Shown here: positions 38,649-48,421 of the stretch, piece by piece
How positions within the stretch are numbered: position 1 is the stretch's first letter
How the letters are laid out: each line of letters starts with the position of its first letter
Virus record (IMG/VR): IMGVR_UViG_3300044957_000763
Location: 310,001 to 374,000 of that record
DNA length: 64,000 nt
Strand: one strand, 5' to 3'
Program-made: the position numbers and the translations under genes
The notes under the pieces: model-generated
Databases searched by the model: none
What the model was told of the DNA's origin: nothing
What the model saw: the letters and a program-made list of their open reading frames with translations, nothing else

Positions 38649-38690
38649 CGAACCGGCCCCGGAGCTTCGGCTCCGGGGCTTTTTTCATTC

Positions 38691-39275
38691 ATGTCAAGTT
38701 TCGAAGTCTATCGAGAACTCAAAGGCGTCGAGCCGCACCGGCTTACCAGAAAAGAGTATGCGGTCTTGGTCCGCGCCGCGTCGCAACGAGTCATCAAGCG
38801 ATACATCAACGACCGAAATGAGGCCCGAGCCGCCTTTAATGCTTGGAACGAAGCCAACCCAGGCCCAGACCCAAAGAAATTTGGATACAGCGAAATCAAT
38901 GGCTGGCCCAGCGCTGCCGCACAAGACCGGTACGTCGATGTCTATGAGCCGCATCGTGGACTATGGGGGCAGCAATATCAGGCACTCTATCAACTGGGCC
39001 AATATGTCACTCAGCTCAAGAAGAACATCATCTTGTCTCGAATGATTGAAAATGGTCGATATGAAGCGGCAAGCCGAGAGAACAACTTCTTTGTGAACTT
39101 TGGAGGCGTGAACAATCCACTCCTTAACCATGGCCAGGACGTATTCCGAGCCCTCTATGCTAAACTTGACATCCCAGAACAAGTTCTGGCCGAATGGCCT
39201 GAGGGTGTCGAACAAGTCCGCAAAGAAATCGCGGCCCGGGAACGATGGAATCAACTAAATCCTGAATACACATGA
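38691..39275 (+). CDS. hypothetical protein
   Basis: Motif +37. Confidence 0.75.
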   Translation: MSSFEVYRELKGVEPHRLTRKEYAVLVRAASQRVIKRYINDRNEARAAFNAWNEANPGPDPKKFGYSEINGWPSAAAQDRYVDVYEPHRGLWGQQYQALYQLGQYVTQLKKNIILSRMIENGRYEAASRENNFFVNFGGVNNPLLNHGQDVFRALYAKLDIPEQVLAEWPEGVEQVRKEIAARERWNQLNPEYT

Positions 39276-40150
39276 GCATTCGAAACAACCTACACACCGA
39301 CCACGGCCTTGAAACTTATGCACAAGGAATGTGCAACTCGGCCGGCGACAAAGCACGCATCAACCACTACCTGGTCCCAGGAACTATCTTGGAACTGGGA
39401 TGTGGCAACGGTGCATACCTGCAAACACTTCCAGAAGACAGGCTTAAGCAAACTACAGCCGTGGACATGAACGCACTGCTGCTGCTAAAAGCCCAAGCCA
39501 ATCTTCGAGACAAGGCCCGGTTGGTGACATTCAAACGCGCCAATGTGCTTCGAGACGACTTCTTAGAAGAGTTCGACAGCACACAATACGATAACGTCGT
39601 ACTGTGCAGCGTGCTCCACGAGTTGTACTCAGAAGCAAGGACTCAATCACTTGGCATACGCCACGATGAGCAGATTGCTGAGGTGGAAGCGCGGCAGGTT
39701 ATAACCAGCTTGCTTTCAAGCATCTGGGACTTGCTGAAGGTCGGTGGTCGACTGATTATCCGAGATGGATGCAAGGCACCGAACGACGACGTGACTATCC
39801 GGTTTAAGAACGCTGAAGTGCGACAGGCCTTTGCGAAGTTCGTGGACGACCACCCTTGGTTTATCACGTACACCGAACTGGACTACGGCGTTACCCTGAG
39901 TATGCCAGATGCCTACGAGTTCCTAACCAAATACTTCTATACGGAGAATTGGAATGTCGAGGTGCTGGAAAGATTCGGCTGGTGCAACTATAATGACATC
40001 ATCCAGATGCTCGGAGATAGAGAACTGCAAACCATCGAAGTCACTTCGTACCTGATTCCTTGGCTTGGTTCCAAGTGGGAACAAGACTTCGAGCTATCTG
40101 ACAGGTATCCACACAGCACTATGCTGGTGGCGATTCAGAAAATCGGGTAA
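39272..40150 (+). CDS. class I SAM-dependent methyltransferase
   Basis: ILELGCGNG, AVD, SVLHE, LKVGGRLIIRD. Confidence 0.85.
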   Translation: MSIRNNLHTDHGLETYAQGMCNSAGDKARINHYLVPGTILELGCGNGAYLQTLPEDRLKQTTAVDMNALLLLKAQANLRDKARLVTFKRANVLRDDFLEEFDSTQYDNVVLCSVLHELYSEARTQSLGIRHDEQIAEVEARQVITSLLSSIWDLLKVGGRLIIRDGCKAPNDDVTIRFKNAEVRQAFAKFVDDHPWFITYTELDYGVTLSMPDAYEFLTKYFYTENWNVEVLERFGWCNYNDIIQMLGDRELQTIEVTSYLIPWLGSKWEQDFELSDRYPHSTMLVAIQKIG

Positions 40151-40195
40151 ACGAAACCGGCCCCGGAGCTACGGCTCCGGGGTATAACAAACATC

Positions 40196-40798
40196 ATGGG
40201 AACAAACTTCTATTGGAATACCGAAGAACCCAGGGTACTCGAAACTATCGAGACACTTGGTTCGTGGCGTGCTCCTTTGCGGTCTGGATACAGTGAACCA
40301 GCGAAGCCTGAAACGATAGAGGAACTGCGAGGTCTAGGTGTGCCAGAGGGCGTACTCGAAAACATGGCCAATCCGACACCTCCGTCGTTGAATGACTTGA
40401 GCCACATCGGCAAGCGGTCGGCTGCTGGGTTGTACTGTTACAGTTGCAACTCGTGGTTTCACGACCCTGCAAACTGCGATAGCCGGCCAGAACGTGAGCG
40501 AACGTCATGCCAGTATTGCGGCACGAAACATGATAACCAGATGGGTCGCTCGGCCTCGGTTGAACTGGGCTTCTCCGAGGCGGCCAAGCAAAGACCAGAC
40601 TCTGGAGTCAATGGTACATGCTCATTCAGTTGGGCTAACTGGCCAGATACGGTGTATCGCATCGCACTGACCGCACCAGCCGAGATGCCATTGGTGATTG
40701 ACGAATATGGCCGGACCATGACAGGACAAGAGTTTTTGGACATGCTTCGAGCCAACGTCGATATCACCAAAATGTCGATTGGCCAAATGTTTTCGTGA
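40196..40798 (+). CDS. conserved phage protein (MGTNFY...HIGKRS) with zinc ribbon
   Basis: Motif +38; CYSC...CQYC; IDEYGR. Confidence 0.8.
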   Translation: MGTNFYWNTEEPRVLETIETLGSWRAPLRSGYSEPAKPETIEELRGLGVPEGVLENMANPTPPSLNDLSHIGKRSAAGLYCYSCNSWFHDPANCDSRPERERTSCQYCGTKHDNQMGRSASVELGFSEAAKQRPDSGVNGTCSFSWANWPDTVYRIALTAPAEMPLVIDEYGRTMTGQEFLDMLRANVDITKMSIGQMFS

Positions 40799-40840
40799 AC
40801 CACCGGCCCCGGAGTTCAACTCCGGGGCTCAACAAACATC

Positions 40841-41131
40841 ATGAGTAATCAGGGCATACTCACCAAGTCCGTCAGCGGAATTCCATGCATCTGCATAGAC
40901 AACACATCTCCAGAATGGGAGAAGGCATGGGCTGCTCTCTACGAGAAGTACGAGAATCATATCTCCGTTGGGTGTGAAGTCTGGCAGTACATGGGAACAT
41001 GGCTGACTGAAGGCACGACGTGGGTTCACCAGTTCCGACACAGGGACTATCACGGTGAGCGCAAGTACGTCGACATCACGCCCACCGACGAGTTCTTAGC
41101 GAGCATCCCAGATATTCTGGCTGCGAGCTAA
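40841..41131 (+). CDS. hypothetical protein (WQYMG...HQFRHR type)
   Basis: Motif +37. Confidence 0.75.
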   Translation: MSNQGILTKSVSGIPCICIDNTSPEWEKAWAALYEKYENHISVGCEVWQYMGTWLTEGTTWVHQFRHRDYHGERKYVDITPTDEFLASIPDILAAS

Positions 41132-41175
41132 ATCGACGCGGCCCCGGATTTCAAATCCGGGGCTCAACAAGCATC

Positions 41176-41517
41176 ATGACATTCAAAGTCTTTCAGTTTT
41201 GGAACGGCCAACCGGCCACTATTCGAGAAGTCGAGTTGCCACCTTCCGTGGTCGATGACAACAAGGCCAAGCACATCACTCACGGAAACGAAGGCGTGCG
41301 CATTGGGTTCCTCAATGCCATTTACCACTATGGGCAGAATGAGGTTCAGAACCGAATGTCACCAAGCGTGTCGGTTGGTGACATTATCGAACTCGCGTTG
41401 GATGGAGAATACGAGTTTTGGATTGTGGCCAACGCTGGATTCGAGAACTTCGGCCGCGAGAAGCACTTTCTCTTCCAGCCCCGTTTTCAAAGCAACGCCG
41501 GAGTGGTCGCCGGCTAA
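41176..41517 (+). CDS. YodL-like protein
   Basis: SVSVGDII...GF; motif +37. Confidence 0.6.
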   Translation: MTFKVFQFWNGQPATIREVELPPSVVDDNKAKHITHGNEGVRIGFLNAIYHYGQNEVQNRMSPSVSVGDIIELALDGEYEFWIVANAGFENFGREKHFLFQPRFQSNAGVVAG

Positions 41518-41562
41518 GCTAGACCCGGTCCCGGATGTTGTTCCCCGGGACCACCCCTTTTT

Positions 41563-41760
41563 ATGGAAAATCCGCTCGAAGGTCGAGTACGCAAAGGTAG
41601 TCCGGCATACAACGAGGTTTATGACCCAACCCGAGTACCTACACTCAGAGTGTGCTACAATCGTTATTGTGGCTGGACATGGAACGAAGAACACAAACAA
41701 TGGACATGGACACACCGGGGATGCAATACCCAACTAACACCCAAGAACTCTTCGACTTAG
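41563..41760 (+). CDS. hypothetical protein
   Basis: Motif +37 (first T-variant copy). Confidence 0.55.
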   Translation: MENPLEGRVRKGSPAYNEVYDPTRVPTLRVCYNRYCGWTWNEEHKQWTWTHRGCNTQLTPKNSST

Positions 41761-41939
41761 CAGTGCAAAGCACAAGAGTTAGGCATAGTGAATTCGGAAA
41801 CACCGAAGACCTCGAAAACCTCTACTCATGGGCTCGGGCTTACGCTCTGAGCAATGGTTTGAAACTTCCAACCAAAGAAGACTGCGGACTTTGGGAATAA
41901 CCGGTCCCGGAAACCGAAACAACCAAACAAACAACCAAC

Positions 41940-42197
41940 ATGGCAAACCCATACGGCAAATCTCGAAAAAAAGAAGACCCATACGCCACGTACAAAGATG
42001 GCGATTGGGAGTACCGAATCCTCAAACTCAACCAGGCTCCGGCGAACGCCGCGAAGAACCAGTATGCTACTGCGTTCTGTGCAGTTAGTTCCCCGCATAC
42101 CTACGGCTCGTTCGACATGGGCGACACCTACCTGAATGACATCAGCGGCGTGCTCGTGCAGGGTCCGGATATCCTCAAGGAGTGCGGCCGGCGATAG
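41940..42197 (+). CDS. hypothetical protein
   Basis: Motif +38. Confidence 0.75.
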   Translation: MANPYGKSRKKEDPYATYKDGDWEYRILKLNQAPANAAKNQYATAFCAVSSPHTYGSFDMGDTYLNDISGVLVQGPDILKECGRR

Positions 42198-42288
42198 AGT
42201 ACACTACGTCGGATGACCACGGCCCCGGAGCTACGGCTCCGGGGCTTTCTTACTTTGTGCCACAAAGAGTGGTATAATTCGAGAACGA

Positions 42289-42468
42289 ATGTACGTAATC
42301 GCACAACCCAACAACGAATTCGTCACGGATGGCGCGGGGAAAATCCAGCGCTTCAAGAACCCAAGGTCTGCAAGAGACTTTTTGCGCGATATTGGAATTC
42401 GCAAGCCTGACAAGGAAGGAATCCGAATCATTCCGCAAGCCGAAGCGGTCCCGGAACCAGCGAAGTAA
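42289..42468 (+). CDS. 59-aa hypothetical protein
   Basis: Manual ORF MYVIAQPNNEF...; TGGTATAAT upstream. Confidence 0.55.
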   Translation: MYVIAQPNNEFVTDGAGKIQRFKNPRSARDFLRDIGIRKPDKEGIRIIPQAEAVPEPAK

Positions 42469-42482
42469 TCGAAACAACCATC

Positions 42483-42827
42483 ATGTTCCAAGTAACCGAA
42501 GAACAAGCATTGCAAATTCGGAGTAAATACTCCCACCTACTCGCAAAGAAAAGCGAAGCCTATCAGGCTGGTGCTATTCGCGCCATCGCAGCGGCGCAGT
42601 CCCTGTCAAACTCGGTCAACGAGATGGGATTCGACTACGAGACGTTCGCACAGGTTCTGGCAAGCGACCACCGCACACTGCAACAGAACTCCATGAGGGC
42701 GTTCATCGCGTTTTGCCAAGAACTTGCCAAAAGCTACGAGACTGATTTCTATGACGGTCGCAATGAGGCAAGTTGCAAGCTGGCTGCAGAAATCGTCAAG
42801 TTGCCCGTGTATCTGCCTAGCGTTTAA
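42483..42827 (+). CDS. hypothetical protein (HRTLQQ...DGRNEA type)
   Basis: Motif +37. Confidence 0.8.
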   Translation: MFQVTEEQALQIRSKYSHLLAKKSEAYQAGAIRAIAAAQSLSNSVNEMGFDYETFAQVLASDHRTLQQNSMRAFIAFCQELAKSYETDFYDGRNEASCKLAAEIVKLPVYLPSV

Positions 42828-42869
42828 GGCACCGGTCCCGGAACTTCGGTTCCGGGACTTTTTTCATTT

Positions 42870-43034
42870 ATGCTCACGAACTACACCGTAATGTTCCGTG
42901 AACCAGGGCACTATACTGCATGGGTTCGCATTGACGACACAGATATGTACTCGGCATTGCAAAGTGCCAAAGACCGATTCGGATATGATGACAACAGCAG
43001 GACATCGTTCTCTATTTGGCGCACAAATCCGTAG
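42870..43034 (+). CDS. 54-aa hypothetical protein
   Basis: Manual ORF from motif +37 to a stop 1 nt before the next motif. Confidence 0.65.
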   Translation: MLTNYTVMFREPGHYTAWVRIDDTDMYSALQSAKDRFGYDDNSRTSFSIWRTNP

Positions 43035-43073
43035 CCGGTCCCGGAACCAAAGAAACACAGGAGAACTTGAATC

Positions 43074-43370
43074 ATGGCGACAATCTACGCAATCGCACTT
43101 GGCAGTCGAGACGGCGACACGTCTACCGAACTCAAAATGGCAAACGGTGCAAAAGCCGCACTTGATGTCATGAAGGAACTTGCATCCAGGCATATTGGCT
43201 ATGTGCTGGAAGGCGAAGAGGATGCTCAGCAATTCGTTGATGAAATCAATGCTTCAATATCTATGGACATGGTAATGTCAAAGTTCAATGATGCTATGCA
43301 GGAAGCAATCAATAGCGAACTCGAAAACGCCTACTCTGCCGAACTCGTTCTTGAAGCACTAGAAGTTTAG
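43074..43370 (+). CDS. hypothetical protein
   Basis: Motif +38. Confidence 0.75.
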   Translation: MATIYAIALGSRDGDTSTELKMANGAKAALDVMKELASRHIGYVLEGEEDAQQFVDEINASISMDMVMSKFNDAMQEAINSELENAYSAELVLEALEV

Positions 43371-43414
43371 GCATCGCCGGTCCCGGAACTTCGGTTCCGG
43401 GACAAACAAGCATC

Positions 43415-43828
43415 ATGGGAATCACACCTGAAGAAATTCAAACGTTCGCCAGTGGCATCAACTGGGACAATATTCATGACGGTCTTGTGGCAAGAGCAAA
43501 AAATGGCGACCCTCGGGCAATGCTGGCATTAGCCAAGAATGATGCCGAGGCAAAAGTCGCCATCGAAAAGTGGCTTGGTGCCGACCTCATCCCGGTCAGT
43601 GCAGGCGTAATGATGAGCAATGCGCGACAATCTATGTCGCTTGCTCATATGCACGCATATACCGAGAAGGACTTCCGTACCAGCGAACCGACAGGTAATA
43701 TCCGGGTCTACGGATACCTGAAAGGCTTGAAACGTCGTGGCGAACTCATACCATCATTCGAGCTAACGCTCGACAAGGAATCAGCAAAGGCACTTGCTGA
43801 AGAGCTACTTGCCCAACTGGGCGAGTAG
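43415..43828 (+). CDS. hypothetical protein
   Basis: Motif +37. Confidence 0.75.
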   Translation: MGITPEEIQTFASGINWDNIHDGLVARAKNGDPRAMLALAKNDAEAKVAIEKWLGADLIPVSAGVMMSNARQSMSLAHMHAYTEKDFRTSEPTGNIRVYGYLKGLKRRGELIPSFELTLDKESAKALAEELLAQLGE

Positions 43829-43866
43829 CGGTCCCGGAACTACGCAAAACATCGAAACAAACAATC

Positions 43867-44457
43867 ATGGAAGCAACGCTACCTAAAACCATTGCCACTA
43901 CCGTGGCTAATCTCACCAAGAAGCCGTGGACTACGCTTGCACAAGCGGACGCCGCCGCTGACTTCATTCGAGAACTTCGACTTGAGGCTCAATCACTCGG
44001 TGCTCTCACCGATGAGGAACTCAGTTGGAAGCGACAGATTGACGCCAAGCTGGCTGCCGAAGCGAATGCTCGCAAAGACGCGAATGCGGTGGAAGCGGAA
44101 CTCAAGCCGTACTTCCTCACTTTCACCAAAGACGAAACGGAGCGAGTAAACGCCACCCTGCCCGTGAGCAAGCATCGCAAGTTCATCGAGGGCAAAGGCT
44201 GGAAGGTTCAGCTCAAGGATAAGCCTGGTCAAGTCGTGGTCACCAACCAAGGCGAAGCTATCAAGTGGCTTGAAGCCAATGAACCGACAGCGGTCAGAAC
44301 TGTCAAGACAGTCGATATGTCCGAAGTCGGACGCGAGTCGGTTGTCGCCAAGCTGAAGAAACTGGGCGCAAAACTCGCCAAAATCGGCATCATGGTGGTA
44401 GCCACCGTGCCAGATGGAAACTCCAGTCTGAAGATTCAGGACTTGGATATCCAGTAA
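43867..44457 (+). CDS. Mu Gam/Gp157-like coiled-coil DNA end-binding protein
   Basis: Helical N-half, then K......G.V..K...., AIKWLE, VRTVKTVD pattern; motif +38. Confidence 0.5.
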   Translation: MEATLPKTIATTVANLTKKPWTTLAQADAAADFIRELRLEAQSLGALTDEELSWKRQIDAKLAAEANARKDANAVEAELKPYFLTFTKDETERVNATLPVSKHRKFIEGKGWKVQLKDKPGQVVVTNQGEAIKWLEANEPTAVRTVKTVDMSEVGRESVVAKLKKLGAKLAKIGIMVVATVPDGNSSLKIQDLDIQ

Positions 44458-44500
44458 GCTCGCCGGTCCCGGAACTTCGGTTCCGGGACTTTCTTCAATC

Positions 44501-44734
44501 ATGCGACTTGACCAACTAAAACAGTTCGCCACCGTGGACGATAGCCTGCCGGTTGTGCCACAACGACCGCTGATTCGACTGAACGCAAAAACCTATGAGG
44601 AAGCAATCCGACACAACGGTACCGTATGGGCAAAGATTCCGAACGGTCTGATTGACTGGTGGATTGTCAAGGAAGGTGGCAAGGTAAAGCACAGTCCTGA
44701 TACGCTGGTCGAAGATATTCGACGGATGATGTAA
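44501..44734 (+). CDS. hypothetical protein
   Basis: Motif +37. Confidence 0.75.
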   Translation: MRLDQLKQFATVDDSLPVVPQRPLIRLNAKTYEEAIRHNGTVWAKIPNGLIDWWIVKEGGKVKHSPDTLVEDIRRMM

Positions 44735-44780
44735 ACTTCACCCGGTCCCGGAACCGAAGTTCCTAGACAAACAAAACATC

Positions 44781-44990
44781 ATGAGCGAAGCAAGAACGCG
44801 AAGAATCCGAGTCTATGAAATCGAACACGACGGCGACCTACAAAATGCCGTATACGAAATCAGACGCTGCGGCGCATCGCAAATTGAGGTGGTATCCAGC
44901 GACTTCGACTCCGAAGATGCTATAATCAGTTTTGTCGCCACCGATGAGGTGTACGACAAAGTCAAGAACGAGGCAGACATTTGTCTGTAA
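44781..44990 (+). CDS. hypothetical protein
   Basis: Motif +38. Confidence 0.75.
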   Translation: MSEARTRRIRVYEIEHDGDLQNAVYEIRRCGASQIEVVSSDFDSEDAIISFVATDEVYDKVKNEADICL

Positions 44991-44997
44991 ACAAAAC

Positions 44998-45165
44998 ATG
45001 AACATCACGTTTATCGTACTCTGCATCACCTGCCTAGTAGTGGCAGTGTTCATTGCCTTTGGCAATAAGACAGCCGAGATGGCTGCTGTCAACGCCGAAC
45101 TTGCCAAAGTTTGGGTTGGTATCGCTGCCGTTATCTTGGCACTTGGTCACTTCTGGTCGGGCTAA
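44998..45165 (+). CDS. small two-helix membrane protein
   Basis: Two hydrophobic stretches. Confidence 0.6.
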   Translation: MNITFIVLCITCLVVAVFIAFGNKTAEMAAVNAELAKVWVGIAAVILALGHFWSG

Positions 45166-45207
45166 CGCCCGGCCCCGGACACGACCTTACATTCGACTGA
45201 CTACCAC

Positions 45208-45420
45208 ATGAGCAGGTTCAAAGAAGGCGACAAGGCACTCTTCGGTTCGTTGAAGGTGCCTTGTACCGTAAAGTGCGTGAATACCTCCAGTATCGGAATT
45301 GAGGGTCTAACGCATCGAATCACTGTGCAGTTTGATGAAAGTCGGCGCACTTCGACCAAATGGGAATGGGAACTAACGCCGGCCCCGGAATCCAACATCG
45401 AACAGGAGCAAACATCGTGA
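45208..45420 (+). CDS. hypothetical protein
   Basis: Motif +38. Confidence 0.7.
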   Translation: MSRFKEGDKALFGSLKVPCTVKCVNTSSIGIEGLTHRITVQFDESRRTSTKWEWELTPAPESNIEQEQTS

Positions 45421-45692
45421 GCAACAGTACAGAACTCATCAGTCTCGCACAACAGATTGCACGACAAGACCGCGAAACCTGGAGGCGCGAGAACAATGGC
45501 AAGCAGATAGTGCTTCCAGATTTCGTTTATCACGACTTCGAGCAAAAGCGGTATATTCATCTGCTCGAAGAAATCGTCAAGGGCGAGTATGACGAAAGCA
45601 ACTTACTGTTCTTCAAACGATTGAACGACAAACGGTTGTCAGAACTCCGGGCGGCCCCGGAAACCAACACCAAACAGGAGCAAATAGCGTGA
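45417..45692 (+). CDS. hypothetical protein, tandem duplicate of 45689..45967
   Basis: GTG at motif +37; LAQQIARQDRE.WRRE. Confidence 0.75.
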   Translation: MSNSTELISLAQQIARQDRETWRRENNGKQIVLPDFVYHDFEQKRYIHLLEEIVKGEYDESNLLFFKRLNDKRLSELRAAPETNTKQEQIA

Positions 45693-45967
45693 GCAACATT
45701 TCGCAAATCATCAATCTCGCACAACAGATTGCGCGACAAGACCGCGAAATCTGGAGGCGCGAGCATCATGTCAAGGGGGCTGTGTTACCAGATTCAGCCT
45801 ATGACAAATACGAGAACTTGCGATATATTCATCTGCTCGAAGAAACCATCAAGAACGAGCGTATGCTTAGGAATCAGGATACACTAAAAATCCTACTAGG
45901 CTTGAAGCAATTGAACGACAATCGTTTACAGGCCCAAACCACCGGCCCCGGAAACCAACATTTATAG
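45689..45967 (+). CDS. hypothetical protein, tandem duplicate of 45417..45692
   Basis: GTG at motif +37. Confidence 0.75.
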   Translation: MSNISQIINLAQQIARQDREIWRREHHVKGAVLPDSAYDKYENLRYIHLLEETIKNERMLRNQDTLKILLGLKQLNDNRLQAQTTGPGNQHL

Positions 45968-45979
45968 GAATTCAACATC

Positions 45980-46423
45980 GTGAAGAAACACACTTTCACC
46001 AGCAAGACATTCTGTGGCACTCCATGGTCCTCTCCCGAAGAAAAAGCCAAGTTCGCGAACGACTTAGCCGCTCTCGTGCGGTCTGGTTTCAATCGGAATA
46101 GGTTCCACAAGGGACTCTACAATCGACTGAGCACGACGTTTGGCCATATTGCCCACTACAATATCGAGGGCTTTTATGGCGAGTGGTTCGAGACTCCGGC
46201 AAGACAGCTTGCATGGGTGCAGAACGCACTTAGGTATCCGTGCTACGGTGACCCTGGGTTTACTTACTCAGACGCTGAGCGCCAGTTCCAGAATTGGCTG
46301 CAGTCCGACGAAGGCCAAGAGCTTATCGCCGGAATCGAGCAGTTAGCAAGGGACGCCGCGATTGCCTCAGCTCGGGCGCAGAAGGAGTGCGCCGAAGCTA
46401 CGCTGGCATCATACGGTGTGTAA
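45980..46423 (+). CDS. hypothetical protein (FGHIAHYN..GFY type)
   Basis: GTG at motif +37. Confidence 0.8.
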   Translation: MKKHTFTSKTFCGTPWSSPEEKAKFANDLAALVRSGFNRNRFHKGLYNRLSTTFGHIAHYNIEGFYGEWFETPARQLAWVQNALRYPCYGDPGFTYSDAERQFQNWLQSDEGQELIAGIEQLARDAAIASARAQKECAEATLASYGV

Positions 46424-46466
46424 CCCAACCGGTCCCGGAGCTACGGCTCCGGGACTTTTTTCATTC

Positions 46467-46871
46467 ATGCCCAAACGCAGTTACGAAAACATGAAACAGG
46501 GCGGGAACGAAGAACCTATGATGACACAGATACTCAGTCAAACAACACCGTGGCTCGGTACTCAGCAAGCTGAGGACTATGTAGAAGGCAAGGAAGACGT
46601 TACCGACTTCAAAGTTATCACACTATTCGGTGAGACCAAGCTGCGCCGATTTGGAGTGATTGTCGAGATGTACGACAAGAAAGAATATGGCCGAGCTAAT
46701 CGAGCATACCTGAGCCAGTTTACAGAAGCAGAGCGCAAGGTCATGTCCGCATGGTATCTCAAGATTTATGCTTGGTTCATGCGTTCTGGCATACCGAGAG
46801 GTGGTGTGCGAATGTCCATCAAGACTTACCACACGCTTTGCAGGTTCGCGGACTTTTTCGCGACCATTTGA
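46467..46871 (+). CDS. hypothetical protein
   Basis: Motif +37. Confidence 0.7.
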   Translation: MPKRSYENMKQGGNEEPMMTQILSQTTPWLGTQQAEDYVEGKEDVTDFKVITLFGETKLRRFGVIVEMYDKKEYGRANRAYLSQFTEAERKVMSAWYLKIYAWFMRSGIPRGGVRMSIKTYHTLCRFADFFATI

Positions 46872-46913
46872 AATCCCGGTCCCGGAACTGAAGTTTCGGG
46901 ACTTTCATCAATC

Positions 46914-47456
46914 ATGCCATCCACAACCGAACGAACCCGAGAGGAACAAAAGCGTGGTGAAAACACACTACTTGTTGCTCTTTATCGCGCAAATGACCAT
47001 TACTCTTTGATGTATATGGACAGCCGCGAGTTGCGTGTGCAGTGTGAAGGTCAATTCAGGTCTTTCTTAAGTGATGGACCAGTGCTGGTGATGTACGATA
47101 ACGGCCATCTCATTCCTATCTTGTGGTCGGAATCTAAGTACCAAGAATCAGCAGGTAGCGCAATGGATAGACTGATTGCCCAGGCGACCAAAATCCAAAC
47201 GCATTTTACCATGCGCGGTTTTTCGCCCTTTGTAGCTTTCTGCGATGGTGCTGCATTTGGGATAGACCATGCAAGACGTGATATTAAACTCCACTTTCGA
47301 GAAGGGTTTGAGTCTACGTTGCCTTGCGAGTATGGCAATGCCTTTATCAAAGCCACACCTTGGAGCATCGAAGAAATCACAGAAATCCTAATCGAAATCA
47401 TTGACCGGCGGCTCAAAATCGCCGGTCCCGGAAACAAGAAATCAATCGGAAACTAA
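46914..47456 (+). CDS. hypothetical protein, possible PD-(D/E)xK-like fold
   Basis: SDG...WSESKYQ...GSAMDR; motif +37. Confidence 0.65.
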   Translation: MPSTTERTREEQKRGENTLLVALYRANDHYSLMYMDSRELRVQCEGQFRSFLSDGPVLVMYDNGHLIPILWSESKYQESAGSAMDRLIAQATKIQTHFTMRGFSPFVAFCDGAAFGIDHARRDIKLHFREGFESTLPCEYGNAFIKATPWSIEEITEILIEIIDRRLKIAGPGNKKSIGN

Positions 47457-47460
47457 CATC

Positions 47461-48369
47461 ATGTTCAACGCACAAGTCGACCAGAACAAGCCTGACCACT
47501 TCATGGCTCAGTTGCCACTATCGGCACTCGAAGCTAACCTGATTGCAAGTGATGTACAGCGCCAACCCGACTTTCGAAGGGCGAAAGAAATCACCGATGA
47601 GCTGCTCGCTGGTGGAGAAATCCACGGTGTCTTAACCGCCGAGTATCGCCCAGGAACTCTAGAATTCCGAAACGGAAAGCTCAAAATTCTCAAACCCGCA
47701 GAGCTGTTTGACGCGATGACGCGACGCAACGGTGGTGTTGGAGCGGTTCGAATCGACCCGGTAACGCAAGGTAACAAGACTGCGTGGGTACACTTCATCC
47801 CGTATGTTGACCGACGCACATCGGAGTATCGCATCGCTGAATGGAACAAGGCTCGAACTATGGACCCAGGAGTCATCCAGTTCGGTTCGTTAGAGCCAGC
47901 CGACGTATGGGCACGAGACGTGTTTGAGGCTTCTAAGTTTCTTGTGAAAGACGAGAATGTTTGCTTAGAAAGCAGGGGCAAGGGCGATAAGTTCCACTAC
48001 AACGCTATTGCAAACTTGCTCAAGCTGTTCTTGCCATTGTCTCGACAATACGGCTGGAATACAGCGCAAGCAGCGGATGCTGTGGACTATGTCCTGTCAC
48101 GGTTGTTTACCTTGGAGAACTCACTCTTGAAGAAGCCAAACATCATGAGGGCAGTAAGCACTGCTATCGTTTGGTTCATTGAAGAGAACCCAACCAACTG
48201 GAAGAGTCAGCTTCGAGTCTCGATTCCAAAGCTGAAGCTGAATGTCAACAATCCAGCATGGGAAGGTATCCTGTACTTCAATCGCGAAGGCAAGCCGCCT
48301 ACTATGGTCACCGGCGCCGGTAACGTACTATCGGCATCCCGAACTATCCGCCAGCAACTTGGCGGATAG
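47461..48369 (+). CDS. DndB/DGQHR-like (ParB-fold) protein, divergent
   Basis: VQR..D.RRAKEI, LFDAMTR at the DGQHR-equivalent position, W.GIL; motif +38. Confidence 0.5.
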   Translation: MFNAQVDQNKPDHFMAQLPLSALEANLIASDVQRQPDFRRAKEITDELLAGGEIHGVLTAEYRPGTLEFRNGKLKILKPAELFDAMTRRNGGVGAVRIDPVTQGNKTAWVHFIPYVDRRTSEYRIAEWNKARTMDPGVIQFGSLEPADVWARDVFEASKFLVKDENVCLESRGKGDKFHYNAIANLLKLFLPLSRQYGWNTAQAADAVDYVLSRLFTLENSLLKKPNIMRAVSTAIVWFIEENPTNWKSQLRVSIPKLKLNVNNPAWEGILYFNREGKPPTMVTGAGNVLSASRTIRQQLGG

Positions 48370-48421
48370 GGTAACGCGAGCCACCGGTCCCGGAACTGAA
48401 GTTTCGGGCAAACTAAGAATC

